Origin: the human T2T-CHM13v2.0 reference genome, Homo sapiens
Assembly: GCF_009914755.1 (NCBI RefSeq)
Contig: NC_060925.1
DNA length: 64,000 nucleotides
Reading direction: 5' to 3' (one strand)
A program made the position numbers and the translations under genes. The notes under the pieces are model-generated. The model was not told where the DNA came from. It made no database searches and saw nothing but the letters and a program-made list of their open reading frames with translations. This document shows positions 41,501 to 55,403 of this stretch, one piece after another (position 1 is the first letter of the stretch; every line of letters begins with the position of its first letter).

Positions 41501-44500
41501 GGTATATGTGGTGTTTCTAACTGAGTTGTTCCAATGGGAATTTGGGCAGTAAGAATGCAAAATGTAAAGGTAAAATCACCTTCTTAACCCAGAGGGTCAT
41601 TGTTACTTTAAAATGTGTATTTCTCATAATATTCTGTATAAATTATAACGGCAAGCCTTAAAGTGGAAAATTAATCTAGTATATAATTTTTGTCATTTCA
41701 GTCATTTTGGCTACAAGATACTGATATGAATGTTACAGTCAATTCTTTTTACTGAGGTGATTTTCAAAATTGAATTAGTGAGATGTTTGGGTATTTTGGT
41801 ATAGTCTAAGGAACTTTTAGTGCCATTCTTATTAGTGGAATATAGACCATCATATTCGAACAGACCAAATAGAGATTTTCTTTCATTCTGTCTCATGCTT
41901 GCAGTGCCTCTTGGTTGGACTCCGGAATTCTGACATTAAAAAAATTTTAATGTGGACAGTAACTTTACTACTTACATTCTCCCACCTGTATTCTGGTAGC
42001 TGTTTCAGTTCTGCTAAATCAGAAAGGAATCAGTGGATGGAAGGGTATAGCTAAATTTCCACTGTAGGAGGTAGGCCCATTCTGCCTAGTGCCAGGAATA
42101 TGATGCTGACAATGGTGGTCATCAACGCCTGTAATTGGCCTATCCCTCATCCAGACCAGTCTAGTTGTGGTTTGGAATTGCTCAACACCTGTGCATTAAG
42201 AAGAAACTTCTGAGAATATTTCTCCAACCTAGCATATCCTTTTTGTCTGCTTATATTAGAAATGCATCTTTTGGGGAAATGCTGGACTAGAATTGCATAT
42301 AAAGAACTGTATGAGTGCTGTCTTGTTTCTTATTTCCTAGTATAAAAATTTATTTCCAAATTTCAACAAAAAGTAGCAACTGATATCTCTCTCATTATGC
42401 TTGTATTCATTGTGGTGAAAAGATAGTTTCCGATACATCTTAATTTTTAAATGTTTCTATAATGGTGGCTTTTTTGTTACTGAAATCTAGCTTTCCTGGA
42501 TAGCAGAGAAGATGGCAATCTATGTAGCAGTAATTTCCATTGCATGCTATTGACTTTCTGCTAGTTGCCCAATTTAGATGGTCTGTATAAACTAAATGGT
42601 CATAATATAAATGCTAGCCTGCTTATTCATATAGTTTTACATTTTTGTGGATTTCCACATCATTGATTTAGCAAGCTATTTTATGTTTGGTGGTAAAGGT
42701 GACTGAATGACCTATTTTACCTATATCAACACTCTCATCTTAAACACCTCCCTCAGGTATGAATTGACATTAGAATGTAACCACAGCATTGATGCCACCC
42801 TTCTCTTGGACTTCTTGGGTTGTTTTACATGGTTGCTAAAAATTCAAACTTAAATCAGTTCAACTCATCCAAAGATTACCTGCTAAATGGTGTAAAGAGA
42901 TAAGCAGCAACCAATTAAAAATCATGCATCACAGTGATGCCTCTGAAAGATGTCCTGTGCATTCAGGTACTAACCTAGTAAGTCCTGAGGGACTTCTCTG
43001 CTATCCCTCTCCTCTAGAAGGCCACAACTCTCTTAAAATACTAAGCGTGGAGGATGAATGCATTAGTGCATTTTTGCATGACTAGAAAGGAATTATTGAG
43101 ACTGCGTAGTTTATGAAGAAAAGAGGTTTAATTGGCTCATGGTTCTGCAGGTTGTAGAGAAAGCATGTTGCTGGCATCGTCTCAGCTTCTGTTGAGGTCC
43201 CAGGGAGCTTTGACTCATGGCAGGAGGTGAAGTGGGAACAGGCACATCATATGTCAAGAGAGAGAGTAAGAAAGAGGAAGGGAGGTGCACACTCTGTTAA
43301 ACAAGCAGATCTCATGAGAACTCAGAGTAAGATCTCATTTGTTACCACAAAGAAGGCATGAAGCCATTCATGAGAGACCCACTCCCAGGATGAATTCACC
43401 TCCCACCAGGCCCCACATCCAACACTGGAGATAACATTTCAACATGAAATTTGGAGGGGACAAACACACAAACTATATCATTCCATCCCTGGCCCCCCCA
43501 AATCTCATATCCTACTCGTACTGCAAAATGCAACAATCCCCTCACAGTACTGCTCAAAAGTCTCAAGGCATTCTAGTGTCAACTCAAAAGTCCCAAAGTC
43601 TTTAATTTCATCTGAGACTCAAGTCAGATTCCTTCCACCTATGAGCCTGTGACAGCAAAGAAAAGATACAATGGTGGTACAAGCATTAGGTAAACATTCT
43701 CATTCCCAAAGGGGGAAATAGGCTAAAAGAAAGAGACAAAAGGCCCCACACAAGTCCAAAACCCAGGATGCCAGTCATTGAATTTTAAATCTTAAATAGT
43801 TCTTGACTCCATGTCCCACACTCAGGGCACGCCAGTGTAAGAGGTAGGCTCCCAAGGGCTGAGGAAAATTCATCCCTTTGGCTTTGCAGGGTGCAGCCAC
43901 CATGGCTGCTCCCATGGGTTGGAGTTGAGTGCCTGTGGCTTTTTCAGGCTTATGGTGCAATCTGCAAGTGGCTGTACCATTCCAGGGTCTGGAGGATGGT
44001 GGCCCCCTTCCCACAGCTCTACTAGGCAATGCCCCTCTGGGGACTCTGTATGGGGGCTCCAACCCAAAACTTTTCCTCTGCACTACCCTAGTAGAGGCTT
44101 TCTGTGGGGGCCCTTCCCCTGCAGCAGTCTTCTGCCTGGGCACCCAGCCTTCCCCATATATTCCCTGAAATCCAGGGGGAAGTCACCAAACCTCCTTCAC
44201 TTCTGCATTCTGTGCACCTATAGGTTTAATACCATGTGGAAAATGCCAAGGCTTATGGCTCGTGCCCTCAGGAGTGGTGGCAGGAGATTTACCTGAGGCC
44301 CTTTGAGCCATGGCTGGAGCTGAAACAGCCTGAACATGGGGAGTAGCGTTGTGAGGCTGCACATGGCAGTGAGGCCCTGGTCCTGGCTCCCGAAACCATT
44401 CTGTCCTCCTAGGCCTCTGGGCCTGTGAGGAGAGGGAGCTGCCTCAAAGACTTCTGAAATGGCTTTGAGGCTTTTCCCTCATTGTCTTGTATATTAGCAC

Positions 44501-45522
44501 ATGGCTCCCTTTTAGTCATGCAAATCTCTCTAGGAAGTGGTTGCTCCCAGCCCACATAAATTCCTCTCCTGAAAAATGCTTTTTTTCTCTATCATGTGGC
44601 TAGCCTGTGATTTTTTCAAATGTTTATCCTCTGCTTCCCTTTTAAATATAAGTTCCAACTTCAAGTCATTCCTTTGTCCCTGTATCTGATCATAGGCTGT
44701 TAGAAGCAGCCATGCCACATCTTGAACACTTTGCCACTTGCTTCTTCTGCCAGATATCCCAGGTCATTACTCTTAAATTCAAACTTCCACAGATCCCTAG
44801 GACATGAATACAATACAGACAAGTTATTTGCTAGGGGGTAAAATGGGTGACCTTCACTCCAATTCCTAATAACCTCCTAATTTCCTTCTGACACCTCTTC
44901 AACCTGGTCTTCACTGTCCACATTTCCATTAGGTTGTGATTTTCGTCACAACCATTTAATCAGTCTCTAACAAGTTTCTAACTTTCCCTCATCTTCCTGT
45001 GTTCTTTTGAGCCCTCCAAACTCTTCCAACCTCTGCCTGGTTCACAGTTCCAAAGCTGCTTCCACATCTTCAGGGATCTTTATATCAACACTCCGCTCAT
45101 GGTATGAATTTTCAATGTTAGTTCATTTTTTATATTGCTATAAATAAATACCTGAGACTGGGTAATTTTTAAAGAAAAGAGGTTGAATTGGCTCATGGTT
45201 CTGTAGGCTGTACAGGAAGTGTGATGCCAGCTGTGCTCAGTGTCTGGGGAGGCCTCAGAGAGCTTTTGCTTATGGTAGAAGGTGAAGCCAGAGCAGGCAT
45301 GTCACAGGTGAGAGAGGGAGCAGGAAAGGTGAGGGGAGATGCTACACTTTTTAAAAGAATCAGATCTTGCATGAACTCAGAGCAAGAAATTACTCATTAC
45401 CATCTTGCATGAACTCAGAGGGATAACTCACTCATTATTATAAGGAGGGCACCAAGCCATTCATGAGGTTTCTACCCCTATGACCTAAACACCTTTCTCC
45501 AGCCCCTACCCCCAACATTGGG

Positions 45523-47927
45523 TGATATGGTTCAGATGTTTTTTCCTTCCAAATCTCATGTTAAAATGTGATTCTCAGCATTAGAGGTGGGGCCTGGTGA
45601 GAGGTGACAGAATCATGGAGGCAGATTCCTTACAAATGGTTTAGCACCAACTCCTTGGTAAGTGAGTTCTGCCTCATGATATCTGGTTGTGATATCTGGC
45701 ATGATATCTGGTTGTTTCAGAGTGTGGGACCTCCCCCTTCTCTCTCCTGCTTTTGCCATGTGAAATGCCTGCTCCGCCTTTCCCTTCCTTTATAACCGTA
45801 TGCTTCCTAATGTCCTCACCAGAAATGGATGCTGGCACCATGTTTCCTGTTCAGCCTGTAGAACCTTGAGCTGAAATAAGCCACTTTTCTTTATAAATTT
45901 CCCAGGCTCAGCTATTTTTTATAGCAATGTGAGAAAGGACTAACACAGAAAATTTATACCAGGAGTGGAGTGTTGCTATAAAGATCCCTGAAGATGTGGA
46001 AGTGGCTTTGGAACTGTAAAATGGGCAGAGGTTGGAAGAATTTGGAGGGCTCAGAAGAACATAGGAAGATGAGGGAAAGTTGGAAACTTCTTAGAGACTG
46101 ATTACATGGTTGTGACCAAAATGCTGATGGAAATACGGACAAAGAAGGACAAGCTGATGAGGTTTCAGATGGAAATGAGGAAGTTAATGGGAGCTGGTGT
46201 GAAAGTCATCCATGTTATGACCTAGCAAATAACTTGGCTGCATTGTGTTCATGACCCAGGCATCTGTGGAAATTTGAATTTAAAAGTGATGGCCTAGGGT
46301 ATCTTGCAGAAGAAATCTCTAAGCAGCAAAGCATTTAAGAAATGGCATGACTACTTCTAACAACTTATAATCAGATAGAGAAGCAAAGGAATGACTTAAC
46401 GCTGGAACTTATATTTAAATGGGAAGCAGAGTGTAAAAGTTTGGAAAATTTGCAGTTTAATCTTCTGGTAGAGAAAGAATTCAAGCAGTCTGTGGAGCAA
46501 TCACTTTCTAGAGATATTAGCGTGACTAAAAAGTAGCCATGTGCTAATATCTGAGACAATGGAAAAAAGGCCTGAAATCCATTTCAGAAGTCTTTGAGGC
46601 AGCCCCTCTCATCACAGGCCCAGAGACCTAGGAGGACCTCCACAGCCTTGCAATGCTGTTTCCCACATCCAGGGTGCCCGGACTCCACCTGTGGCTCAAA
46701 GGGCCTCAGGCAGATCTTGGCCACTGCCAAGTGTGTAAGCCTATGGCCTTAGCATCTTCCGTATGGTGTTAAGCCTGTAGGCACACAGAATGCAAAAGTG
46801 AAGGAGGTTTGGTGGCTTCTGCCTAGATTTTAGAGGATGTAAGGGGACGGCTGGATCCTCAGGCAGAAGCCTGCTGCAGGGGTGGAACCCCCACAGAGAG
46901 TCTCTTCTTGGGTATTGCAGAGGGAAAATTTTGGATTGGAGCTCCCACACAGAGTCCCCAGAGAGGCACTGCCTAGTGGAACTGTGGGGAGGGGGCCACC
47001 ATCCTCTAGACCCCAGAATGGTACAGCCACTGTTTGCTTGCACCCTGTGGCTGAAAATGCCACAGGCTCTCAACTCCAACCTGTGTGAGCAGCCACGGTG
47101 GCTGCATCTTGCAAAGCCACAGGGGTGGATCTTCCCCCTTGGGAGCTCACTCCTTGCATCAGTGTACTCTGGATGCAGGATGTGGAGTTAAGGGAGATTC
47201 ATTCAGGAGCTTTAAGATTTAATGACTGGCTGCTGGGTTTAGGACTTGTGTGGGGCCTGTTGCCTCTTTATTTTGGCCTATTTCTCCCTTTTGGAATGGG
47301 AATGTAAACCCAATGTCTGTATACCCTTGTATCTTGGAACTAAATAACTTGTCTTTTATTTCATAATTTTATAGGTGAAAGAAACTCATCTCCAGATGAG
47401 ACTTTGGACTTGGGACTTTCGAGTTAATGCTTTGGAGGACTATTGCGAAGGCTTGACTGTATTTTGAAATGTGAGAAGGACATAAGATTTGGGGCCTAGG
47501 GGTGGAATGATATAGTTTGGATATGTCTCCCCTCCAAATTTCATGTTGAAATGTGATTCCTAAAGTTGGAGGTGCGGCCTGGTGAAAGGTGATTGAATTA
47601 TGGGGGTGAATCCTTTGTGAATGATTTAGCGCCAATGCCTTGGTGATAAGTGAGTTCTCACTCAGTTCATAAGATATCCGGTTGTTTAAAGAGTCTGGGA
47701 CCTCCCCCTTCTCCTTCTTGCTCCCCTCCTCACCAGGTGATGCACCTGTGCCCCCTTAACCTGCTGCCGTGATTGTTAGTTTTCTTAGGCCTTTACCAGA
47801 CACAGATGCCAGCGCCATGCTTCCTGTACAGCCTGCAAAACGGTGAGCCAACTAAACCTCTTTTCTTTATAAATTACGCAGTTTCAGGTATTTTTTTTTT
47901 ATAGCAGTGTAAAAATGGACTAACACA
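45523..47927 (+). mobile_element. Full-length MST (MaLR) element nested in the preceding element: LTR 45523-45947, internal 45948-47507, LTR 47508-47927
   Basis: tgatat..ggactaacaca termini on both LTRs; purine tract before the 3' LTR; candidate TSD ttggg (45518-45522) / atggg (47928-47932). Confidence 0.92.
47375..47467 (+). CDS. PTGFR: PTGFR alternative exon, coding part VKETHLQMRLWTWDFRVNALEDYCEGLTVF* (MST-int derived; 3' end uncertain)
   Basis: tttcataattttatag|GTG AAA GAA..TTT TGA in the exon-2 frame; peptide matches a recalled FP variant; possible donor TAA|gtgagt at 47649/47650. Confidence 0.7.
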   Translation: MKETHLQMRLWTWDFRVNALEDYCEGLTVF

Positions 47928-50049
47928 ATGGGGACCACATTGCGACATAAGATTTGGAGAGGACAAACATCTAAACTATATTGATAAAGTTTTCTCTTTT
48001 GGAATTAATCTCATTTTTCTGTCAATTAAAGCACACTGGAATGTGTGGGAAACAGTCAGGAGGCTTCTTTGTGGTGGGTAGAGGAAGAAAACTGGTTTTA
48101 GGTTCCCTTACTCAATGACTGGCCTATACCACCCAACCTGAAGAGGGGAGGGGGATTAACGTGCTATCATGACTTTAAGAACAGGTAAATACCATTTATT
48201 AACTAATTATTTTATAATTAAAATCAGAAGACTCAAATATGAATACTGGTTAAGTAACTAACATTTTCCTTCCAAATTTTCTTAAAGTCCAATATTTTGT
48301 AAATGAAATGCCAAAATTACATGGCTTCACGTGAAGTGTAGTCAAATGTATATGTGGCTGGTGGCTAAAAATCATCTCTCTAAAAAGAATATGTTACTAC
48401 AGCACATTACACTGATTCAAATCTGAGTTTTTTTATTGGAGAAATTACAATTCTGGACATTCTTTGTCTTTATTTACACATGTAATATTCTCCAAGAAAT
48501 CTGCTGTGATTATTCTACCTTGTATTTATCTCTCTGTAGATAAAATATAGCATCTAATTCTATATGACCATAGATTTTGTGCTGTTTGTTTTGTGATTAA
48601 TCTAATTTCTTAAGTGGCTAGAAAGCTCCTCAGTGACAGAGTGAATGTCATATGTTTCTACTCTGTTTCCTATGCTGCCTCACATACTACTTGGAAAAGT
48701 TCAAGAAAAATGCAGCTCATCCTTTAGGATCCTTTAGAATCCTTTCACCACAAATAAAATTGGTGAATGAAACAACGTCCTTATAGCTGTGGTTATTAAT
48801 TGCATTTGAATGTCACATAAGGATTTTTAAAATGTTATTTCTTGTAAAAAGAGTCAAGTTTTTTGAAATGTAACCATAAAACTGTAATTGTGATAATCGT
48901 TTTAAATTTAAAATTCTTGCTTAAGAATTTTTCTGTAGTGTAAGAACCAATTAATTTTTTTAAAAAAACCACACGCACAACTCCTACTATATGCCAGACA
49001 AGATTCTAAGTGCTTTACAGATGTTAACTCACTGAATCCTCATGACATTTTGTAGAACGTAGATTTCCTTAGATGTGGAAAATATTTATGACTATGTATG
49101 TTCAGAGGGTTTACCTAAGGGATACAATCATATAACACAACATTATGAACAGTTGCACAACATTACTGGCCATATATTATATTTGAAATTTTAGTTAAAA
49201 TTGTCTTCAGATTTAAGTCAATATTCATGGAGAAGAGCTCTGACATGAAGAAAACACAAAGACATGAAGATGGTTGTGATATGTAGAGAAAAGTAAACCT
49301 TAAAAGGAGGATTATTTTTGTACTCTGTTGTTATGCTGACAGAGGACTGATTGAGAGCAATCTTTAAACAAATTTGCTAAACAAGGGTGCCTTTAATAAT
49401 GTTTTAAAAGTAATTTTTGCTTCTCTTCTCCCTTCCAGAGCATTGACAATGCCCTCAGTCTGATAACTTTTTCTATCTCCAACCTAAATAGGTCTTAATT
49501 TATCTAAGTAAATTTTAGAATTCAAAATTTAAAAAATGGACAGCTATGTTAGTTGGCAATGAGTACTAAAAATAACCTAGATTTGTACATAATTTTTTTT
49601 TTCCTTTGAGAAGTCGTTTTTCTCTCCTATTCTGTCATTGAAAGGTTAAAACCATATCCAGGGGAGAGAGAGGTCACTGCTGAGTGTTGCGAGGAACCAG
49701 TCATCAGGCTTTGATTAAAATCAGAGGGTGCAAGAAGGAGCCAGTTCCAGAATGTTGATGGCAACAAAACAAACTTTTGTCTTGAAAATGTGTTCACCTC
49801 TCACTGAGCAGCCTGTTTATCCTAAGTGTCTTGCAAAATCTGATGTGTTTGCTATGAGAACACTACTGTTTGCAATCCTACCTAGGCATATTTGCAGCTG
49901 CAGGATACCATAGTTCTTGATTTTTAAAGAGCCAAAGATAGATGTCCTTAGTAAAAATTCGCTATATGAAGGCACTTCAAATATTACCATAAATACCATA
50001 CCAAGGCACTTAAAATATACCATAAAATGTACCATAATGAGTTTAGAAA

Positions 50050-50700
50050 TACTCATTCAATTATTCAATAAAATTTTTTATCAGTGCTTTCCATGTGTAA
50101 GATACTGTTCTAGATGCTAGGGCAGTGGTGCTGGCTGTGTTGCTGAACAAGGCAATATCCCTTCTCTTATGGGTTACGGTCTTCTGAAGGTGGTGGTTGA
50201 AGTGGGGTAAGGACGGTTTGGAAAGGGGTAGATAATAAGTAAAAAATAAATTTACACGATGATTTTAAAGATTGATAAGTGCTGTGATTGTGGGTGGGAA
50301 TGGGGCTATTTTAGATTAGATATTCAAGGACATCCTCACCATGAGCTTAGTCCTGAGTGACAAAAAGGAGCCAGCCATGGGAAATTACTGGGGCAGGGTG
50401 GTTGAGCAGAGGCAAAATCCAGCACAAAAACCCAATAGCAGGGATGAGCTTCTTGTGATGAGGAACAAAGCAAAGGTCATTCACTGGAGCAAGGGGAGCA
50501 TAGATGAAGGTGGTAGAATTTGAGGACACAGAAGAAGGTAGGAGTCAGATTGTGTAGGATTTTGGAAGCCATGGTGAGTTTCAATTAAAATTGTTTTGGA
50601 AGCCATTGGAAGGGTTTTTAACAAGGGAAAGGTGTGATCTAATGCATGATTTAAAAAGATCATTTTGGGTGCTTTGTAGAGAATGGATTATAATGGAACA
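50050..50700 (-). mobile_element. L2a fragment
   Basis: cattcaattattcaataaa..ccatgtgtaagatactgttctagatgctaggg..ggaagccattggaagggttttaa..tttaaaaagatcatt. Confidence 0.8.
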
Positions 50701-50865
50701 GAATATAGCAGAAAGTTTTATTTCGGAAATTTTTTTTGTTAGAAATTTCATTTAATGCATGAGTAACAAGTGATTACTTTTCTGGAATTTATATTAGGAA
50801 GTAAGGCAAATAATAAATTACTATTATGCCAAGATTAGTTTGTAAATAACAAAGAAAATGCTTTC

Positions 50866-50980
50866 AACCTAGATGACAGATTGATAGGTGCAGCAAACCA
50901 CCATGGCACATGTACACCTATGTAACAAACCTGCACATTCTGCACATGTATCCCAGAACTTAAAGTAGAATAAATTAAAA
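50866..50980 (+). mobile_element. L1PA 3' terminus with degenerate TSD
   Basis: gataggtgcagcaaaccaccatggcacatg..cccagaacttaaagta; aaagaaaatgctttc (50851-50865) / aaagaaaatacgttc (50981-50995). Confidence 0.9.
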
Positions 50981-51410
50981 AAAGAAAATACGTTCAAAAT
51001 AATTTTCCTTATGGCTTAAAACACAATTATGTTTTGTGGGAAAATTATAAAGGAAACATTTAGTTATGTCTTATCTATTCTACCTGGTTAATAATCTCAA
51101 TATAACTTCTCTGTTGGTTTAGCAAAGGACATTTTGATAGACATTCATTTGGCTGAGAATATAAAGTTATGTATCTACATTTTTCTTTTTTTGAGGTGGA
51201 GTTTTCTCTTTTTATTACTCTTTTATTATTTCTTTTTGGCTTTGGTTTTGCACAGCTTTATACACACAAAAAATTAGGCAACTCTATGTTTTAGTTACCA
51301 ATTGTTCTATTTCTTGACCCTAGAGAATCAGTTTTGAAGTGCCCTAGTAATTACTTTAATACAAAAGAGAAAGGTTCCACCACTGCAGCATTTGTCATTA
51401 CAGTATAAAA

Positions 51411-51412
<2 letters not shown>

Positions 51413-51460
<48 letters not shown>
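51413..51460. repeat. (CA)24 microsatellite in PTGFR intron 2
   Basis: Perfect CA run. Confidence 0.97.
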
Positions 51461-51463
<3 letters not shown>

Positions 51464-52099
51464 GCATTTATAGCAGAGCATGTATTGCATGTTAGATAGA
51501 CCATGATCTAGGAATTTAGACACCCCTTATTTGGGGTTCAGTTAGGGTTTAATTCTGGAATTAAAAAAATTTTTTTCACGATTGATTTTAATATCACAGC
51601 TCCCATCATTTCAAATGTGTAAAACATGAGCAGAGATTATCATTTTATTTTGCAGAGCTTTTCCATAAGGCCTTAAAATATTTAAAAAAATCGAGTACCC
51701 TGCAGAAGCAAATCTTTCTGGGAAGTAAAAGAGACAGAGCACCGTAGCTAACCTCAGTGAATTCTGACTTGTCTGAGTCAAGGTGCTTAACTACTCTTCA
51801 GCTTCTGTTACTGGGAAGAAAGGATCAGTATTCATTCCCAGTTGAATAGAATTCTTTGACTTGGGAAACTGTTTAGGTTTCCTAATTTGGCCCTGAAATT
51901 GCCTATCAAATATTTATAAGGCACTTACTATATGCAAAGATACCTTGATTTTTGTCTCTATCAATAAGCATCTTCATCAGTGGCTACTCCACAATATGTG
52001 ACTACACTGAAACCATCTCTGAGAGTGGAAAGCTTATCTCCCAAGTCTATACTTGAACCTCTCCTCCTAATTAAATAAGTTCATATAGCCTATTGTAGT

Positions 52100-52330
52100 G
52101 TGCAGAAATTTCTCACTACCTGAGTTTGAACATAGTTGCCACGTGTCCTTCGGCAAATTATTAAGGATATTTGTGAGCTTCAGTAAAATATAGATATTAG
52201 ATAATAGATAATAACCTCTGTAAAATATAGATAATATTTTTGACTCTATCACTGATTTAATAAGATAATCTTAGTTTTCACATAATATCTGGTAAGCATC
52301 CAGTGAAAGGTGCTGTGTGATTGTTATTGT
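52100..52330 (+). mobile_element. MIR SINE
   Basis: cctgagtttgaa..gtgtccttcggcaaattatt..tgagcttcagtaaaat. Confidence 0.5.
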
Positions 52331-54712
52331 TACTGTTATGGCCATGATTCCATTTGGTACTCTAGTAAAATTCAGTAGTAACGTATGAAAACGTTCAATG
52401 AGTGCCTACCATGGGCCTGTGCACATGTGCTACAGGGGATACAAACATGACTAAAATGCGATACTAACCTCAAAGGAATTTGTAGTTTATTTGGGGAGGC
52501 ATGAACAGAACCAGCTTTGTTACAAAAGAATCCTGTGAACAAGTGCCCATGGCCTTCCAAGGAACAGCTTTGCTAAGAAACTTCATTTATGTTTAATCTA
52601 TGCCAAGCAACTAAAAGAGTTCTGGACCAAAGGGCTCCTGAGTTCATATACATTGCGGTGTCTGGTGGTCTCTGGGCTTAGTGGAGTAGGTTCTTACCTA
52701 CCAATTATGAGAGTGGATTCTCTTCTAAAATTGCAACTCTTCTCTTTTGACTTAATTGTTGATTTATAAATTCCTTTTTTCTTTTTTCCATGGGTTAAAT
52801 TATCTCATCTTTTCTTCACACTGATTTCTTTTCCATAAACTTGTAGTAAATGTCATTTCAGGTTTATACCACTTCCTTTCTTTTCATGCTGTGCTTAGTA
52901 ACATGAATGTGTTTAATAAGGTCAATTCTCCTCTAAGATGCCAACCAGACACTATTACCTTTTGGGATTTTGGGTTTGCGCCATTCTGAGATAGGGGGTT
53001 TTGGATCTTGAGTCTTTCACTGGTTAAACAACCAGAGAAATCTGAAAGTTAGTTCAGCCCATCTTCTTTATGAAACAATTTACTCGAATACAAATATATA
53101 CTTGTTGATCATATATATTTATCTCCTCATATTTCTTTAAAAAGTCGTGTTCTTTTAAGTGAGGCCATTTTTGTGGTTTTATTTGCGAAACCTCTTAAGA
53201 ATACAATATCTTCCGTATAACCACAGAGAACGGGTTTGGCTTTGTGGCATTGGAAATAATACCACAAAACTTGGTAGCTTAATGGAAAAAACAAGATAAT
53301 TTATACACTGGAAAGAGAATAGTGGAATTGGAGCTGCAGTTTTACAGCAGTGTAATAAAGAAATTTCCGGAGCTTTTGCTGACAATCTCCTAAGAGCAGA
53401 AGGACAGTCTTTGGTGGTCATTTTCAGATCTACTCTTGGGATGACTTAGACCTTTCTTAGTTATGTGAGTGAGTCATTAGTATAATTTGGTGATGATTTG
53501 CCATTGGTTTGGGATCAATCATGGTTAAAGTATACAGAGCATGTCTTTATTGCTTATCTTGAATGTGTTATAAAGTAAAAATAATTTGATCTAGTACGCT
53601 GTTTTTTATGTTAAAATTCACCTACCACTGTGGTGGACTTTGTCAAGTACTTGTTAGGTAGGTAGGTATATATGCTTTAATTGCTGTTTTTTGTTACTTG
53701 GGGTGTGAGAATCAAGTTCCATGAGGGACTTTTAACCTTGTCATTTCATAATTTGAAGGCAAGTAATGGCAAGGTCCCCAGCATTCACATGCTTGCAACA
53801 ACTCTGAGTTCATGCAGGGGGAGGAAATCTGAGCTACGCTTTTTAATCCTGTCTGCTCAGGTAGGATAGTACAGCCACATGCGGGCTGCCTAGGCTGGCT
53901 CCTCTCTCTTAATTTCCCATCCCCCAGCTCTATAGACACTCCACTCCCTTCTGTACCAGCTGTGACTTTTGCTCACTGCAACCTTTTAAGTAAGCCATCT
54001 TGCCTTGTTGCTTTAATTATACTCCAAAGGAATTACATTCCTTTTCCCCCGATTATGGGAAAAACAATTATTAAGAGAAATTCTCCTTGGCAAAAGTGGG
54101 TAGCTAAAGTTTACCCTTCCCAGTGATTTCAAAAAGAGAAATATAATAATCACTTGACAATTATAAGGTATGATGCTCTTGTTCATCTGGTACATACGTA
54201 TATGGCTGAACTACTTGATTATTGCCTGTGCCATTCTGATTGATCGATAACAGTGTTCTAAATATTTTGACTATGACCATTGATAGGACATGTACTTACT
54301 AACAAAGTTATGTGTGTTCATTGTATAAAATTTGAAAAATACAGAAATAATTGTTTTATTTTATTCTATAGTTGGTATTGTTAGTATAGGGAAGTGATTT
54401 TGATTTTTCTAAGTTGGTCATATATTCAGCAACAGGTTGAACTCATTGGTTTCAATTGTTTATTGAGTCTAATCATTTTTTTAGGTAACAAAAGTTTATC
54501 TCTTTTCTCCTGATTCTTATACTTCATTTTTTGTTTCTTATAGCATTGTCAATACTATGTTAAACGGTAGTAGTAATAGTGGGCACTCTTGTCTTGTTCC
54601 AGATTTTAAAATGCATCTACACTTTCTCCAGTAAGTGTAATGGCTGTTGTAGGTTTTTGATCTACTATATATAAATTTCACTGTTTCCTAAATTTAAATC
54701 ACTCATAAGTAC

Positions 54713-55306
54713 TCTATTAGTTTTCTATTGCTGCATAACAGAGTCCTATAACTTGGCAGCATGAAACAGCGCTCATCTTATCTCACAGTTCTGTAGGTCA
54801 GAAATCTGGGTGCATTCAACTGAGTTCTCTGCTCAGGGTCTCAACAAGTGTCTGAGATGAAGGTAGGAGCAGTGTTGGGCTGTTACAGGCTTGGGGGAAG
54901 AATCATTTTCAGAGTTCATTCAGGCAGAATCCATTTCCTTGTGACTGTAGATCTGAGGTCCTTGTTTCCTGACTGGCCCTCAGGTCGGGGCTGTCCTCTG
55001 CTCCTAGAGGCAGCTTGCATTCCTTCTTCTGTGGCCCCTCTATGCACAAACCAGAAAATGTGCAGTGAATCCTTCTCACACTGGGAATCTCTCTGGCTTC
55101 TCTTGCTACCAGCTAGAGAAAGTTATCTGCCTTTAAAGGGACTCATGTGATTAAATTAGTCCCACTTAGATAATCTCACTATCTTAAGGTCGGCCATGCC
55201 ATATAATATAACATAATCATGGGAATCATATCTCATTATATTCACAGGTTCCAGGGCCTAGGTTGGGCATATTAAAGGGGTCATTTTTGAAATTCTGCCT
55301 AACACA
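54713..55306 (-). mobile_element. MLT1 (MaLR) solo LTR
   Basis: tattagttttctattgctgcataaca..tatctcacagttctgtaggtcagaaatc..aattctgcctaacaca. Confidence 0.85.
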
Positions 55307-55403
55307 AGTACATACCCAGCTTTTGTTATGTACTGTTATATTTTTGTTCATATTCTTCTACTCCTTTCTCAAAGCATATACACATGTATTAGAGAGGCTC
55401 TAT

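Larger units (their letters stand above)
43059..47983 (-). mobile_element. Full-length MST (MaLR) element: LTR 43059-43480, internal 43481-45113, second LTR split into 45114-45522 and 47928-47983
   Basis: Two antisense MST LTRs flanking MST-int; candidate 5-bp TSD atgaa (43054-43058) / ataaa (47984-47988). Confidence 0.88.

Noticed and set aside
43775-47307. Paired similar ORFs on opposite strands as a gene duplication
   Set aside because: They are mirrored MST internal sequences.
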